From positions 4,544,001 through 4,608,000 of the forward strand of contig OZ245006.1 of NCBI GenBank assembly GCA_965223545.1: 64,000 bases of DNA, read 5' to 3'. The stretch's first letter is position 1; every line of letters starts with the position of its first letter. The DNA is from Planctomycetota bacterium (GTDB lineage Bacteria; Planctomycetota; UBA1135; UBA2386). The notes under the pieces were generated by a model. That model was not told the origin of the DNA, searched no databases, and was given only the letters and a program-made list of their open reading frames with translations. The position numbers were made by a program, and so were the translations under genes. Below, in pieces: positions 38,338-49,199 of this stretch.

Positions 38338-41229
38338 TCAGCGCAGCTCGAGCCGCACCGTCTGCGGCGGCGCCGCCGCGTCGACGTGCAGTGTCCGTTC
38401 GGCGCGCAGGCCGCCGGCCTCGACCAGCACGGTGTAGCTGCCCGGCGCCAGTGCGCAGTCGAGCTGCGCGCTGGCCCGGCCCCGGGTGTTGTGGATCCGC
38501 GCCACGACCGGGCGCCCATCCGCGACCACGCGAAACCGCACGTCGTGCATCCCCTCGCTCGGCAGGGCGGCCTGCAGCGTGTGTGGAATGCCGGCGGCGA
38601 TGGACAGTGCGGCAGTCGTCTCCCGGCCGGCGACCACCTCGACCGGTACGGATGCGGCGGCCGCGCCCGTGCCGGTCAGTGCCATTCGGTAGCGGCCCGG
38701 CGGCGCCAGGTCCGACACCAGCGCACCGTCGCGCTCGCGCATGGATGCGATGAAGGCACCGTCGTCGAACAGGCTGACGTAGGCCTTCTCCGGCAGCGGG
38801 GCGTCGAGAGGCACGCGCACCGTGCCGCCTTCCACCAGCTGGAGGACGCCCACGTCCCAGGTTTCTTCCGACGCGAGCGCGCGCCACGGTGTGCGCAGAG
38901 TCGGGTAGTCGTCGCTGCGGACCACGAGGCGGTAGGTTCCCGGCTGCAATCGCTCCATCGAGAACGCGCCCGTGTCGGCGTCGGTGGTGTCGACGCGTCC
39001 GCCGGTGGCTCCGCGCTTCGACGGGGACACGCGGACGTTGGCTGCCGGAGTGCCGTCCGGTCGGAGCACGACGCCGCGGATGCCGGCGTCGGCGACCAGC
39101 CTCTGACCCGCCACGACCAGCGGCCCGGCGCGCGGGTCGACCGCGCTGCGCTGCACGGTCTCCAGATGGCGGCTGCGGATGGTGATCTCCAAAGTCCCGT
39201 TCTCGGGGCAGTTGGCGACCTCGAACGAGCCGTCCGGTTCGGTGTATGCATGCCCCCACCAGCGGGTGCCGGGGTCGCTGGGCCGCGCCTCGACGATCGC
39301 ACTCGCGACCGGCTCGCCGCCTGCCGTCACGCGGCCGCGCAGCACGACGCCGCGCGACAACACGGGGCTCCATTCGACGGTCTCGCCGTGGACGAGCTGC
39401 AGCGTGGCGGCGGCCTTGCCGTGGTCGTCGTGCGCGGCGCGGACCTCGACCGCGCCGGCGCTGCCGCCTTCGAGGGTGAAGCGGCCGTCGCGATCGGTGA
39501 AGGTGCGCAGGTGCTCCGGCTGTCCCCATTCGCCGGCTTCCACCTCGACGCGGCGCAGTGGGTTGCCGTCGGCGTCCGTCACGGTCCCCGCGCAGCGAGG
39601 TGCCAAGTCGAGGGAGACGTCGACGCTGACGTCGGCCAGCTCGACCGCGTGCACGGTCCCCCGCCAGACGGCGAAGCCTTCCGCCCGTACCGCGACGCGC
39701 TGCTCTCCGGCGGCGACGCCGACGACCTGAAACTCACCTTCACTGTCGGTGCGGACCTCGGCCGGCCACGGCTTGCTCTCCCGGCTGCCGGCCAGTCCGC
39801 GGAACTCGCCATCGCCCAACCAGACGATCGCCCCGGCCACCGGCGCGCCGGTCGGCGAGCGCACGATGCCGCGCACCGTGCCGCCGCGCTGATCCATGAC
39901 CAGGCGCACCTCGAGGACTCCGCCGCGGCTGCCGCTGCTGTAGCGCAGCGGCGTCGCTGCGTAGCCCGCCGCCCGCGCGGCGATGTGGAAGGCGTGCGGG
40001 ACCGCGCGGATCGAGAAGCGACCCGCCGCGTCGGTGGTCGTCGCGCGCTCGATACCGCGGTCCGAGCGGGCGAGCGGGGCGGTGTAGACCTCGGCGCCAC
40101 CGATGCCGACCCCGTCGGCGTCGACCACCACGCCCTTCACCGTCAACCCACCTTCCAGGGTGACTTCGAGATCCGAAGTCTCGCCGGGGGTGATCTCGAA
40201 GCGGTGCATCTCCGGCTCTCGGGTGAACTCGGCCACGCCGGCCCCGCCGGGGAGTTCGGTGAACGTCGCGATCCCGGCGCCGTCGGTGCGCGCGCGCAGC
40301 TCGCCGTAGGCACGGTCGACCAGGCCGCGGTGCGTGATCAGTACCAGGACGTCGTCCGCGGGGGTGCCGTCGGCGTACTGCAAGACGACGCGCAGGTCTC
40401 CGGTCATCGGCGCCGGCTCTTGTGCCGCTGTGGCGATGGCCGCGCGGCGTGTCGGCTCGGCGGGCGCGTCGGTGACGGGCCTTTGTGTGCCTGTCATCGC
40501 GGACGCTGGTGGCGGGGCCGCAGGCTGGCGTCCGGGATCGCCCGTCGGCGGAGTGCTGGTCGCGATCCAAAGCAGGCCTGCGGCGGCGGCGGCGCAGCCA
40601 CCGGTGAGGAGGAGAGTCTTGGTGTGCGTAGCCATGGCGAGCAAGCCGAACGTCGGCAGCGGGGAAACGGGTCGCGGCGCGGGCCCACGCCGGGTGAGCG
40701 GCGACAACGCCATCAACCACGCCTTGCGGTCGCCGCCGTGCGCGGCGTCGAGCCGCGCGCGCAGGCGCAGCAGCGCGTCGCGCAGACGGTTCCAAACGTG
40801 GCTCACCGGCAGGCCGAGCTCGGCGGCGATGCGGCGCGGTGGCAGTCCCTCGAAGTAGCGCAGGACGACGACGTCGCGCATCGGCGGCGGCAGACTGTCG
40901 ACCGCGGCCACCAGCGCCCGGCGCTGCTCTTCGCGTTCGGCCAGCTCGGCCGAAGAGGGGACCCGCTCGCGGGCCGCCGCGGTGCGTTCGCGCGCCGCGC
41001 GCCGCGCGCCCTCGCGCCGCGCATTGCTGGCGGCCCGCCGCGCGATGCGGGCCAGCCAGGAGCGCACGTCGCGGATCGGCGCTCGCCCGGCGGCGAGCGC
41101 CTGCAGAAACGTCTGTTGCACCAGGTCGTCGCCGTCGCCGGCCGCCAGGTCGCGCGCCAGCGCGCGCACGAACGGCGTCTCCCTGAGCAGCCGTTCGACG
41201 TCGACGGTGGAGCGCGAGATCATCACCAA
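38338..41229 (-). CDS. ECF sigma factor fused via a TM helix to carboxypeptidase-regulatory-like repeats
   Basis: DDLVQQTFL, sigma region 4 (LRYFEGL); hydrophobic segment; repeated G.V.D..G.P..GA.V / TD..G.F. Confidence 0.87.
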   Translation of the reverse strand: MVMISRSTVDVERLLRETPFVRALARDLAAGDGDDLVQQTFLQALAAGRAPIRDVRSWLARIARRAASNARREGARRAARERTAAARERVPSSAELAEREEQRRALVAAVDSLPPPMRDVVVLRYFEGLPPRRIAAELGLPVSHVWNRLRDALLRLRARLDAAHGGDRKAWLMALSPLTRRGPAPRPVSPLPTFGLLAMATHTKTLLLTGGCAAAAAGLLWIATSTPPTGDPGRQPAAPPPASAMTGTQRPVTDAPAEPTRRAAIATAAQEPAPMTGDLRVVLQYADGTPADDVLVLITHRGLVDRAYGELRARTDGAGIATFTELPGGAGVAEFTREPEMHRFEITPGETSDLEVTLEGGLTVKGVVVDADGVGIGGAEVYTAPLARSDRGIERATTTDAAGRFSIRAVPHAFHIAARAAGYAATPLRYSSGSRGGVLEVRLVMDQRGGTVRGIVRSPTGAPVAGAIVWLGDGEFRGLAGSRESKPWPAEVRTDSEGEFQVVGVAAGEQRVAVRAEGFAVWRGTVHAVELADVSVDVSLDLAPRCAGTVTDADGNPLRRVEVEAGEWGQPEHLRTFTDRDGRFTLEGGSAGAVEVRAAHDDHGKAAATLQLVHGETVEWSPVLSRGVVLRGRVTAGGEPVASAIVEARPSDPGTRWWGHAYTEPDGSFEVANCPENGTLEITIRSRHLETVQRSAVDPRAGPLVVAGQRLVADAGIRGVVLRPDGTPAANVRVSPSKRGATGGRVDTTDADTGAFSMERLQPGTYRLVVRSDDYPTLRTPWRALASEETWDVGVLQLVEGGTVRVPLDAPLPEKAYVSLFDDGAFIASMRERDGALVSDLAPPGRYRMALTGTGAAAASVPVEVVAGRETTAALSIAAGIPHTLQAALPSEGMHDVRFRVVADGRPVVARIHNTRGRASAQLDCALAPGSYTVLVEAGGLRAERTLHVDAAAPPQTVRLELR

Positions 41230-41301
41230 CAGGACACCGCCGAGTCCGGATCCTGTACGCGATTCACGAGTTTGTCGCCACGCCGCCGTGCGAGCGAGGG
41301 T

Positions 41302-41439
41302 TCAGAGCAGGTGGCCCACCAGCAGCGAGGCGCCGGCGATCCCCGCCGCGATGAGCAGTAGGCCCAGGCCGGCGCGCACGATCGCCAGACCGAGACCGAT
41401 CTTGCGCAGAACGAACGATGGTTCGTGGTCCAGGCTCAT
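41302..41439 (-). CDS. Small hydrophobic protein
   Basis: MSLDHEPSFVLRKIGLGLAIVRAGLGLLLIAAG...; 45 aa. Confidence 0.4.
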   Translation of the reverse strand: MSLDHEPSFVLRKIGLGLAIVRAGLGLLLIAAGIAGASLLVGHLL

Positions 41440-41523
41440 CGAGAAATGCAATCGTCCGGCGAGGGGGCATCGTAGCAAGTCCCGATGGACAGCGTCCGGG
41501 GCGGCCGTAGCGTTCGGAGCGTG

Positions 41524-42957
41524 ATGACCGAGCGCTGCCGATCTCTCGCCGCCTGTGCGTGTGCGGTTCTCGCCCTGCTGGTCGGTGCCGGCGCGTGCAC
41601 CGACGATGGGGTGCCCGCCGGCGAGCCGCCAACGGCGGGTCCGGCGCGCAGTGCCCCGGGGGAGCCGGTCCGCGACCGCGGTCGCGCCGGCTTCTGGTTC
41701 GATGCGGCGCGCGTCGCCGACGAGTCGCTCGAGGCGGCGCGGGACGGGCGCGTCGCCGACCTGGCCAACTTGCCCTACACCCGCGGCAGCAACAGCGCCC
41801 CCGATGACGATCGGGTGACCTACCTGGACCTCGAGGGCGCGCAGCCGGGGCTCACCCTCGTCGTGTCCGGCCACGAGCCGCACGCCGCGGTGATCGATCT
41901 CAAGGGCAACGTCTTGCACGAGTGGAGTTATCCGTTCGAGGAGGCGTGGCCGGACACCGACGACCTGGAGCGCTGGCGAGTCGAGAACAGCTTCTGGCGG
42001 CGCGTGCACGTCTTTCCCAACGGCGACCTGCTGGCGATCTACGAGGACACCGGCATCGTCAAGCTCGACCGCGACTCCAAGCTCTTGTGGCGGCGGGCCA
42101 ACCGCGCGCACCACGATCTGTGGGTCGCGCCCGACGGCCGCATCTACGTGCTGACGCGCACCCATCACCTCGAGCCGCTGCCGGCGCGGGTGCGCAAAGG
42201 CACCGGCGGTAGGCGAGCGCCATTCCTCGAGGATTTCGTCACCGTTCTGTCCCCGGACGGGGACGAGCTGTCGTCGGTCTCGGTCTTCGACTGCGTGCGG
42301 AACTCGCCGTATGGCTCGCTCGTGCATTTCGCGCCCGCCGAGGACGATATCTTCCACACCAACACGCTCGAGATCATGACGGGTGCGTTTGCCGACCGGC
42401 ACCCGCTCTACGCGGCCGGCAACGCACTGATCTCGATCTCGACGATCCAGACGATCGCCGTGCTGGATCTGGAGCGGCAGACCACGGTGTGGGCGATGAC
42501 CGGGCTGTGGGTGTTCCAGCACCAGCCGACGGTGGTGGAGGAGGGTCGAATCCTGGTGTTCGACAACGCGGGCCTCGGCGCGCGATCGCGCGTCATCGAG
42601 GTGGATCCGGTGACGCAGAGGATCCACTGGGTGTTCGGCGACGATCCCTCGGTCGGGTTCTGGTCGCACATCCTCGGCTCCAACCAGCGGCTCGCCAACG
42701 GCAACACCCTGATCACCGAGTCGGTTCGCGGACGTGCGTTCGAGGTGACCCCGGGCAAGGAGGTCGTCTGGGAGTACCTCAATCCACACCGCGCCGGCGC
42801 CCAGCGCGAGTGGATCGCGACCCTGTTCGAAGCGGTGCGACTCCCCGAGGGCTATTTCGCCGGCCAGTTTGCCGCGCTCGAGGCGCAGCTGCAGGACGCG
42901 GAGGCGGTGCCGCTCGAAGGTGTCGATGCGCTGCTGCGCGGGCGCGACGGCAAGTGA
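41524..42957 (+). CDS. Arylsulfotransferase (ASST)-family lipoprotein
   Basis: AHHD, FHTN, QHQP, VFDN, QRLANGNTLITES; lipobox AGAC. Confidence 0.82.
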   Translation: MTERCRSLAACACAVLALLVGAGACTDDGVPAGEPPTAGPARSAPGEPVRDRGRAGFWFDAARVADESLEAARDGRVADLANLPYTRGSNSAPDDDRVTYLDLEGAQPGLTLVVSGHEPHAAVIDLKGNVLHEWSYPFEEAWPDTDDLERWRVENSFWRRVHVFPNGDLLAIYEDTGIVKLDRDSKLLWRRANRAHHDLWVAPDGRIYVLTRTHHLEPLPARVRKGTGGRRAPFLEDFVTVLSPDGDELSSVSVFDCVRNSPYGSLVHFAPAEDDIFHTNTLEIMTGAFADRHPLYAAGNALISISTIQTIAVLDLERQTTVWAMTGLWVFQHQPTVVEEGRILVFDNAGLGARSRVIEVDPVTQRIHWVFGDDPSVGFWSHILGSNQRLANGNTLITESVRGRAFEVTPGKEVVWEYLNPHRAGAQREWIATLFEAVRLPEGYFAGQFAALEAQLQDAEAVPLEGVDALLRGRDGK

Positions 42958-42966
42958 CCGTCGCCT

Positions 42967-43608
42967 CTACCGTGGCGGTGGCGCGAACGCCTTGCGCGCG
43001 CGCTCGACGCGCCGTCGCGTACCGCAGCCGGGGACGTGGTCGTTGACCAGGCCCATCGCCTGCATGAACGCGTACGCCGTGGTCGGCCCGACGAAGGTCC
43101 AGCCGCGGCGCTTGAGGTCGGCGGCGAGCCGTCGGGCGTCATCGGTGGTCGCCACCACGCCGCGGTATCGCCGCGCCGGCTCGAAGCCCCAAAAGTAGCG
43201 CGCCAGGCTGCCGTGCTCGTCGATCAGCTCGAGTGCGCGGCGCGCGTTGTTGATCGTCGATTCGATCTTGCCGCGGTGGCGCACGATGCCGGCATCGCGC
43301 AGGAGCCGGTCGACGCTGCGCTGGTTGAAGCGGGAGACCGCGGCCGGATCGAAGCCGCGGAACGCTCGTCGGAACGCGTCGCGCTTGCGCAGGATGGTCA
43401 GCCAGCTCAGGCCGGACTGAAACCCCTCCAGGCAGATCTTCTCGAACAGGCGCCGGTCGTCGTCGACGGGGAAGCCCCACTCCTCGTCGTGATAGGTGAC
43501 GTAGTCCTCCGCGGTGCCGCACCACCAGCAACGGACCGCGCCGTCGGCCGCGGTGCGCAGCCGCTCGGCGGTGGCATCGGGGTCGGGTTGGGGCTCCGGG
43601 TCGTTCAC
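42967..43608 (-). CDS. tag: DNA-3-methyladenine glycosylase I
   Basis: RCWW, YHDEEWG, LEGFQSGLSW, FMQAMGLVNDH. Confidence 0.93.
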   Translation of the reverse strand: MNDPEPQPDPDATAERLRTAADGAVRCWWCGTAEDYVTYHDEEWGFPVDDDRRLFEKICLEGFQSGLSWLTILRKRDAFRRAFRGFDPAAVSRFNQRSVDRLLRDAGIVRHRGKIESTINNARRALELIDEHGSLARYFWGFEPARRYRGVVATTDDARRLAADLKRRGWTFVGPTTAYAFMQAMGLVNDHVPGCGTRRRVERARKAFAPPPR

Positions 43609-44690
43609 CGGTCGCCGCGCTGCGAGTCGTCGGTGTCCTGCGCGTGGCGCCGCTTCGCCATGACGCCGCTCGCGATCTCCCACGCCTCGCGCAGGTCGCG
43701 GTCGACGAGATTGGGCCAGTCGGCATCCGGCGCCGCGCGCAGCTCCGCGGCCCAGGCGCGCTGTTGTGGCGACAGCACCGCGTCCACGTCGCCGCCGCGG
43801 CGCAGACGGGCGTTGACGCGCACGGCCTGCGCCTGCGTCAGCGGCAGCGCCCGCAACGGCGAGTGGAACAGCCCGTACTTGGGCTCACCGTCCGCGCGCA
43901 GGCCGCCGGGCGACGGTTTGGCGAGCGCGCCGACTGCGGCGGCAGCCGCGGTCTGTTGGGCGTCGGTCGTGGTGTAGATGTGCTGCGCGCATTCCTTGTT
44001 CACCGCCGTGCGCAGCAGGTCGGCGAACGACAGGCGGCGCGGATCGAACTGCACCTCGACGACTTCGTGTCCTTCGAGGAACGCCGCCCGGGTCGCCACC
44101 ACTCCGTCGAGGAGGCCGAACTCGGCCTCGCCGACCCAGAATCAACCCATGCCGAAGATCGCGGTCTCCACGCCGCGCGCGTGGCTGGCTTCTTCGCTGG
44201 CGAGCAGTCGCAGCCAGCCCGGCGCGCTGTCGCCGAGACCGGCCACCATTCCCGCGGCCAGCGCTGCGGTGGTCCAGGCATTGGCGATGCGCGGCACCAG
44301 GTCGGTGCGGTCGGCGGCGACGATGCGCACCACCGGGTTGTTCCAGGCGCGCTCCTCGAACGCGCGCCGCACCGCGTCATCGGCGTCGCCTTCGGTGTTG
44401 TTGTAGACGCAGACCGGAGTGAACAAGGTCTCGGCCGCCTCGACGATCAGGGGGTGGCTCAGCACGTGAGTCCCGTAGTCGACGCAGGTCTTTCAACCGG
44501 GGACCTCTTGGAACAGCACCAGCAGCGGGCGGTCGTGGGCCTTGGCGTCCGCCGTGGCGGCGTCGAAGTCGCGGAACCACGACACCGCGCCGAGCTCGGC
44601 CGGCTGGGCGGCTCGGTTGGTGCGCTCTTGGGCCGCGGCCGCGCCGATCAGCGCGGCGCCGATCGCGACGGTGGCAGTGGCAGTGTGCAT
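43605..44690 (-). CDS. Secreted VPGUxxC thioredoxin-like / MsrA-like selenoprotein with two in-frame UGA codons
   Basis: Three in-frame ORF pieces (44493-44690, 44142-44465, 43605-44102) are joined by TGA at 44495-44493 (FQEVPG-U-KTC) and 44144-44142 (FGMG-U-FW). Confidence 0.85.
44112..44129 (-). promoter_or_regulatory. Candidate bacterial SECIS element
   Basis: GAGGCCG-AGUU-CGGCCUC hairpin starting 12 nt after the second UGA. Confidence 0.65.
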
Positions 44691-44757
44691 GGCCCGAGCA
44701 TAGCCGCCCCTTGTGTACAGGTGGCCACCTCCGCGGACTCATCGGTGAGCCGTCTGT

Positions 44758-45972
44758 TCAGAAGGCGAAGGCCAGCTGGACGACGGCGCCCCAGGTGTCG
44801 TTGCCGGCGGTCATGCCGGTGATGTCGATGTAGAGCAGCTCGAGCGGCGAGAAGCCGAGACCCGCCGTGTACAGATCATCGAGGCCGTCCTCGAAGTCGT
44901 GGCTGTAGCCGCCGCGCAGCTGGAGGAAGTCGCCGAAATCGAGCTCGGCGCCGATGCGGAACGACTGCGTGGTGTCGGCGAGCTCGAAGCGCTCGATGTC
45001 GACGACGTCGATGTCGGCGGCGATCGTCAGCAGATCGGTGGCGAACGCGACCCCCGCCGTCACGCGGGGATGCACGTGGTAGGTGAACGCGTTGCCGTTG
45101 GTGGTGACCGTGCGGTATTCCTCCTCGATCAGGTTCCGTCCGGCGATGCCGAGCGTGAGCTGGGGGATCGGGCTGAACGCGGCACCCAGATCGAGGTTGA
45201 AGCCGAGGTCGTCGTTGCGGAACTGGTCGTCGTCGAACTCTTCGTTCTCGAAGGTGTCGACGTTGACCGAGTAGTTGAACGTGTCCACCCGCTGCAGCTT
45301 GGGGGTGACTCCGATCGACAGGCTCGGTCCGCCGAAATCGACTTCGTGCGCGAACGCCAGGCCGACGTCGGTCAGCGCGGCGGCGAGCACGACGCCTTCG
45401 GATTGGATGTTGTCGAGGTCGCCGGGGTTGGTGGCGGTGGCGATGCGCACCAGATCGCCGGGGTCGACATTGACGAACGCCTGGCCGTCGATCTGGCTCG
45501 CCACGAACAGCGAGATGGACAGTGCTTCCGAGGGAAACGTCAGTGCGAAGCCGCCGCCCGCGCTCGAGTGCGCGGTCCGGCCGCCGAGCGACTGCAGCTG
45601 TGCCGCCAGGGACAGCAGCTCGGCCGGGGTCGCCGTGCCGCCGGCGTTGAGCCGGTCTTGCAGGTCCGTCAGCGACGCTTGAAAGTCGTCGATCGCGTCG
45701 ATCAGTCCATCGCGGTCGTCGACCAGCGCGCCCAGGGTCGGCAGGGCGATGCCGAACGCGGTTTCCCCATCGGCGCGGGTGATCAGCGCGGGGTTGGTCA
45801 TCGCCGCGGTGATCCAGCGGGTCGACGCGACGCCGGCGCCGCCCATGGCGCGGTTGCGCGCCTCGAACGGCTGGGCTGCTGCGGCGGCGCTGAGGAGCGT
45901 GGCCAGCAGCGCGGCGGCGGGTCCGGAGTGGGGGGGAACGGGGGAGAGTGGGGTTCGCACGGCGACGGGCAC
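44758..45972 (-). CDS. TraF_2-like outer-membrane beta-barrel protein
   Basis: RAMGGAGVA...NPAL N-terminus, beta-strand pattern, C-terminal Phe; start uncertain. Confidence 0.75.
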   Translation of the reverse strand: MPVAVRTPLSPVPPHSGPAAALLATLLSAAAAAQPFEARNRAMGGAGVASTRWITAAMTNPALITRADGETAFGIALPTLGALVDDRDGLIDAIDDFQASLTDLQDRLNAGGTATPAELLSLAAQLQSLGGRTAHSSAGGGFALTFPSEALSISLFVASQIDGQAFVNVDPGDLVRIATATNPGDLDNIQSEGVVLAAALTDVGLAFAHEVDFGGPSLSIGVTPKLQRVDTFNYSVNVDTFENEEFDDDQFRNDDLGFNLDLGAAFSPIPQLTLGIAGRNLIEEEYRTVTTNGNAFTYHVHPRVTAGVAFATDLLTIAADIDVVDIERFELADTTQSFRIGAELDFGDFLQLRGGYSHDFEDGLDDLYTAGLGFSPLELLYIDITGMTAGNDTWGAVVQLAFAF

Positions 45973-46140
45973 CTCCTTTGTGTCCTGTTCCCTGTTTCGG
46001 CCGGAATCGCCCTTGGCATGAGGTGTTGGCTCGCTTCCGGGGCCGGAACCCCCCGCGCGGGGGGTGCTCGAGGGGCAGCCGGGCGCCCGATCCACGGTTG
46101 CGGCGGTCACCCGGGCATCGCTCTAGACTAGATCTCCTCG

Positions 46141-48594
46141 ATGCGCCCCGAACGCTACGCCCGGGTTCGCCGGCTGTTCCACGCCGCCCGCGAGCTGGAG
46201 CCCTCCGAACGAATGGTCTTCCTGGCGCAGGCGTGTGCAGATGCGCCCTCGGTGCAGGCGGAGGTCGAGGACTACCTGGGCGCGGAGAACGAGCGCTCGG
46301 GTCTGACCACGTGGACGCCGCAGCGGATGGCCGCAGCGGTCGACGCCGGCGCGGCGCCGGCCGATTCGGTGATCGGCGCCCTGCAGATGCGCACGGGCTG
46401 GACGCTGGAGGTGCGGCTGCGTCCGCCGGAGAAAGAGGCGCCGGCGCGGGCGGAGCTCGAGGCGCCGAGCCGTCGTTACGAACTGACCGGTGAGATCGCC
46501 GCCGGCGGGGTCGGGGTCGTCTACCGCGGCCGCGACCGCGATCTCGGTCGCGAGGTCGCGATCAAGGTGCTGCGGCCCAAGCTGCGCGACGATCCGTCGA
46601 TGGTGCAGCGCTTCGTCCAGGAGGCGCAGATCTGCGGCCAGCTGCAGCACCCGGGCATCGTCGCCGTGCACGAGCTCGGCCTGCGCGCCGACGGCGTGCC
46701 GTTCTTGGCGATGAAGCTGATCCAGGGCCAGACGTTGGCGGAGCGATTGCGCGAGCGCCGCGCCGGGTCCGGCGAGCTCGGTCGGTTGCTGCTGATCTTC
46801 GACCAGGTCTGCCAAGCGGTCGCCTACGCGCACGCGCGCGGAGTCGTGCACCGCGATCTCAAGCCATCCAACGTGATGCTGGGCGCGTTCGGTGAGGTGC
46901 AGGTCGTCGATTGGGGGCTCGCCAAGGTGCTGGGAGAGCGGTCGAGCGTCGGCGCTCCCGAGGTCACCACGGTCACCGACGCCGGCGGCGGGGTCTCGGT
47001 GGTCGGCGCCGCCCTCGGGACGCCGGCCTACATGGCTCCCGAGCAGGCGCGTGGCATGCAGGAGGACGTCGATGAGCGCGCCGACGTGTTCGCCTTGGGG
47101 GCGATGCTGTGCGAGATTCTCACCGGCGCGCCGCCACACGACGGCGAGGCCGGTGGCGTCAGCGTCGACCAGGCGGCGCGCGCGGACCTGCGACCGGCAT
47201 ACCGGCGGCTGCGGGAGTGCGCGGCCGAGCCGGCTCTGCAACGGCTGGCGATCCGCTGCTTGGCCGTCGAGCGCGACCGCCGGCCGCGCTCCGCCGAGCG
47301 CGTCGCCGCCGCCATGGCGCAGTATCTGGTCGCCGTCGAAACGCGGGCGCGCAAGGCCCGAGTGCGGGCGGCCGCGGCCAAGCAGAAGGCCGCGCAGGAG
47401 CGCATCGCCCGCGACCGCGAGGTGAAATCGATGGCGTCGGTCGCCGCCCGCGTGCGGGCGGTCGGCGAACGGCGCGCCGCGCGGTTGCGCACCGCGATCA
47501 TCACCCTCGTCGCGGTGATGATCGGCGCCGGAGTGCCGCTCGGGGTCGCCTGGCAGGCGCGCGAGCGCGCCCTGACCGGCGGCGCTCGGCTCGAGTTCGA
47601 GCTGGCGCTGCGCCAGGCGGAGCGGTTGGCCGATGCCGAGGCGAGCGAGGCGCGCTTGACCGAAGCACAGACGACTCTCGTGCGGGCGACCCGCCTGGCC
47701 GGGCTGCCGATCGGCATCGCCGAGGACCAGGTGGCGCATGCCGAGCAGCTACTCGCCGATGTGCGCGTTCGCCGCGCGGAGCTGGTCGCGGCCGCGGCCC
47801 GCCAGCGAGAGGTCACCGCGCTGCGGCGCGGCCTCGACCTGCTCTGGGTACCCGACACCGTGATCGCGGGCGCCGAGCAGTGGTCGGTGGAGCGCGCCCG
47901 CGAGTTGGACCTGGCCTACGTCGATCGGTTTCGGCGCCACGAGATCGCGGTCGACCACCGACGTGCTGCCGACGTCGTGGCGCGCTTGGGTGGCGTCGCC
48001 GACTCCGCCATGGCGGCGCACTTCGCGGCGTGGGCGCGCCTGCGCCGCCGCGCCCTCGAGGCCGACCGCGGGCCGCCGACCGGAGATCCCGTGCACCTGC
48101 TCGAGATCGCGTCCGCGCTCGAGGCCGACGCCGCGTGTCGCGACTTGATGCGGTTGTTGGTCGCCTCCGGCGGGCGCCCCGAGGCGTTGTCGGCTTGGCT
48201 GGAGCGACGCGGCGTCGACCGCTTGCCGCCGGCGTCGGCGTGGTTGGTGAGCGCGTGGTGCGATGAGCGCGGTGATCTCGCGCTGGCGACGGAGGTGGCG
48301 GCGGCGGCCTGCCGCCGCGCGCCGGGCGATCTCGCGTGTCTGTTGCGGCTCGGCCTGGCAGCCGAACGGAGCGGCGTCGCGGGCGCACCGCAGGCGCTGT
48401 CGGCGTGGAGTGCGGCGGCGGCGTTGGTGCCCGAAGATCCGGGCGTGCGCCTGCGGCTCGCCGCCAGTCTCGCAAGGGTGGGACAACAGGAGGCTGCCGT
48501 CCGCACCTTGGACGCGCTGCTGGAGTGGCGTCCGCGCGATGCCGCTGCGCTGCGGTTGCGGCGGTCGTGGTCGGAGCCGGAGGCCGAGAAATGA
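46141..48594 (+). CDS. Ser/Thr protein kinase with TPR-like C-terminus
   Basis: [33 protein letters not shown]. Confidence 0.92.
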   Translation: MRPERYARVRRLFHAARELEPSERMVFLAQACADAPSVQAEVEDYLGAENERSGLTTWTPQRMAAAVDAGAAPADSVIGALQMRTGWTLEVRLRPPEKEAPARAELEAPSRRYELTGEIAAGGVGVVYRGRDRDLGREVAIKVLRPKLRDDPSMVQRFVQEAQICGQLQHPGIVAVHELGLRADGVPFLAMKLIQGQTLAERLRERRAGSGELGRLLLIFDQVCQAVAYAHARGVVHRDLKPSNVMLGAFGEVQVVDWGLAKVLGERSSVGAPEVTTVTDAGGGVSVVGAALGTPAYMAPEQARGMQEDVDERADVFALGAMLCEILTGAPPHDGEAGGVSVDQAARADLRPAYRRLRECAAEPALQRLAIRCLAVERDRRPRSAERVAAAMAQYLVAVETRARKARVRAAAAKQKAAQERIARDREVKSMASVAARVRAVGERRAARLRTAIITLVAVMIGAGVPLGVAWQARERALTGGARLEFELALRQAERLADAEASEARLTEAQTTLVRATRLAGLPIGIAEDQVAHAEQLLADVRVRRAELVAAAARQREVTALRRGLDLLWVPDTVIAGAEQWSVERARELDLAYVDRFRRHEIAVDHRRAADVVARLGGVADSAMAAHFAAWARLRRRALEADRGPPTGDPVHLLEIASALEADAACRDLMRLLVASGGRPEALSAWLERRGVDRLPPASAWLVSAWCDERGDLALATEVAAAACRRAPGDLACLLRLGLAAERSGVAGAPQALSAWSAAAALVPEDPGVRLRLAASLARVGQQEAAVRTLDALLEWRPRDAAALRLRRSWSEPEAEK

Positions 48595-49151
48595 CCGAGG
48601 TCCCCACCAGCGACCCCATGGATCTGGCGGCGCGCCTGCGCGCGCGGCCCGACGCAGCGGACGAGTTGGTCCCCCAGCTGTACGAGCAGCTGCGTCGGGT
48701 GGCGGCGAGCCGGCTGCGGCGCGCCGATCACGCGGTCGGCCTGCACCCCACCGAGCTGGTGCACGAGGCGTACCTGCGCATGGCCGACCAGAGCGGGTTG
48801 GACGCGGCGGCGCGCTCGCGGTTCTTCGCGGTCTCGGCGCAGGTGATCCGCAACGTCTTGGTCGATGCCGCGCGGCGTCGCGGTGCCGCCAAGCGCGGCG
48901 GTGGCATCGCCGACGTGCCGCTGGGCGAGGACGAGCCGCACCCCGGCCGCGCGCCGATCGACGTGTTGGCCTTGGATGAGGCGCTGGCGCGCCTGGCGGC
49001 GTTGGACGCGCGGCAAGCGCAGGTGGTCGAGCTGCGCTTCTTCGGCGGGCTGACCTGCGAGGAGGTCGCCGAGGTGCTGGGCCTGTCGCGACGCACCGTG
49101 CAAGCGGATTGGAGCATGGCGCGCACCTGGCTGCGCCGCGCGCTGGAGTAG
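48591..49151 (+). CDS. ECF-type sigma factor (kinase-associated family)
   Basis: [41 protein letters not shown] overlap with the kinase gene. Confidence 0.9.
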   Translation: MTEVPTSDPMDLAARLRARPDAADELVPQLYEQLRRVAASRLRRADHAVGLHPTELVHEAYLRMADQSGLDAAARSRFFAVSAQVIRNVLVDAARRRGAAKRGGGIADVPLGEDEPHPGRAPIDVLALDEALARLAALDARQAQVVELRFFGGLTCEEVAEVLGLSRRTVQADWSMARTWLRRALE

Positions 49152-49199
49152 TCGTACGAGGTCATTCGATGCACGTGAACACCGGTCCGACGCGCGCCA

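Noticed and set aside
38386..41361. Long antisense or alternative-frame ORFs (for example 991 aa; also 20480-22492, 31132-33009, 33056-35167)
   Set aside because: These are shadow ORFs of high-GC genes, Arg/Ala/Pro-rich and without motifs.
44758..45972. TraF-like gene as evidence of a conjugative element
   Set aside because: No other tra, T4SS or relaxase genes are present; this family is commonly a stand-alone outer-membrane barrel.
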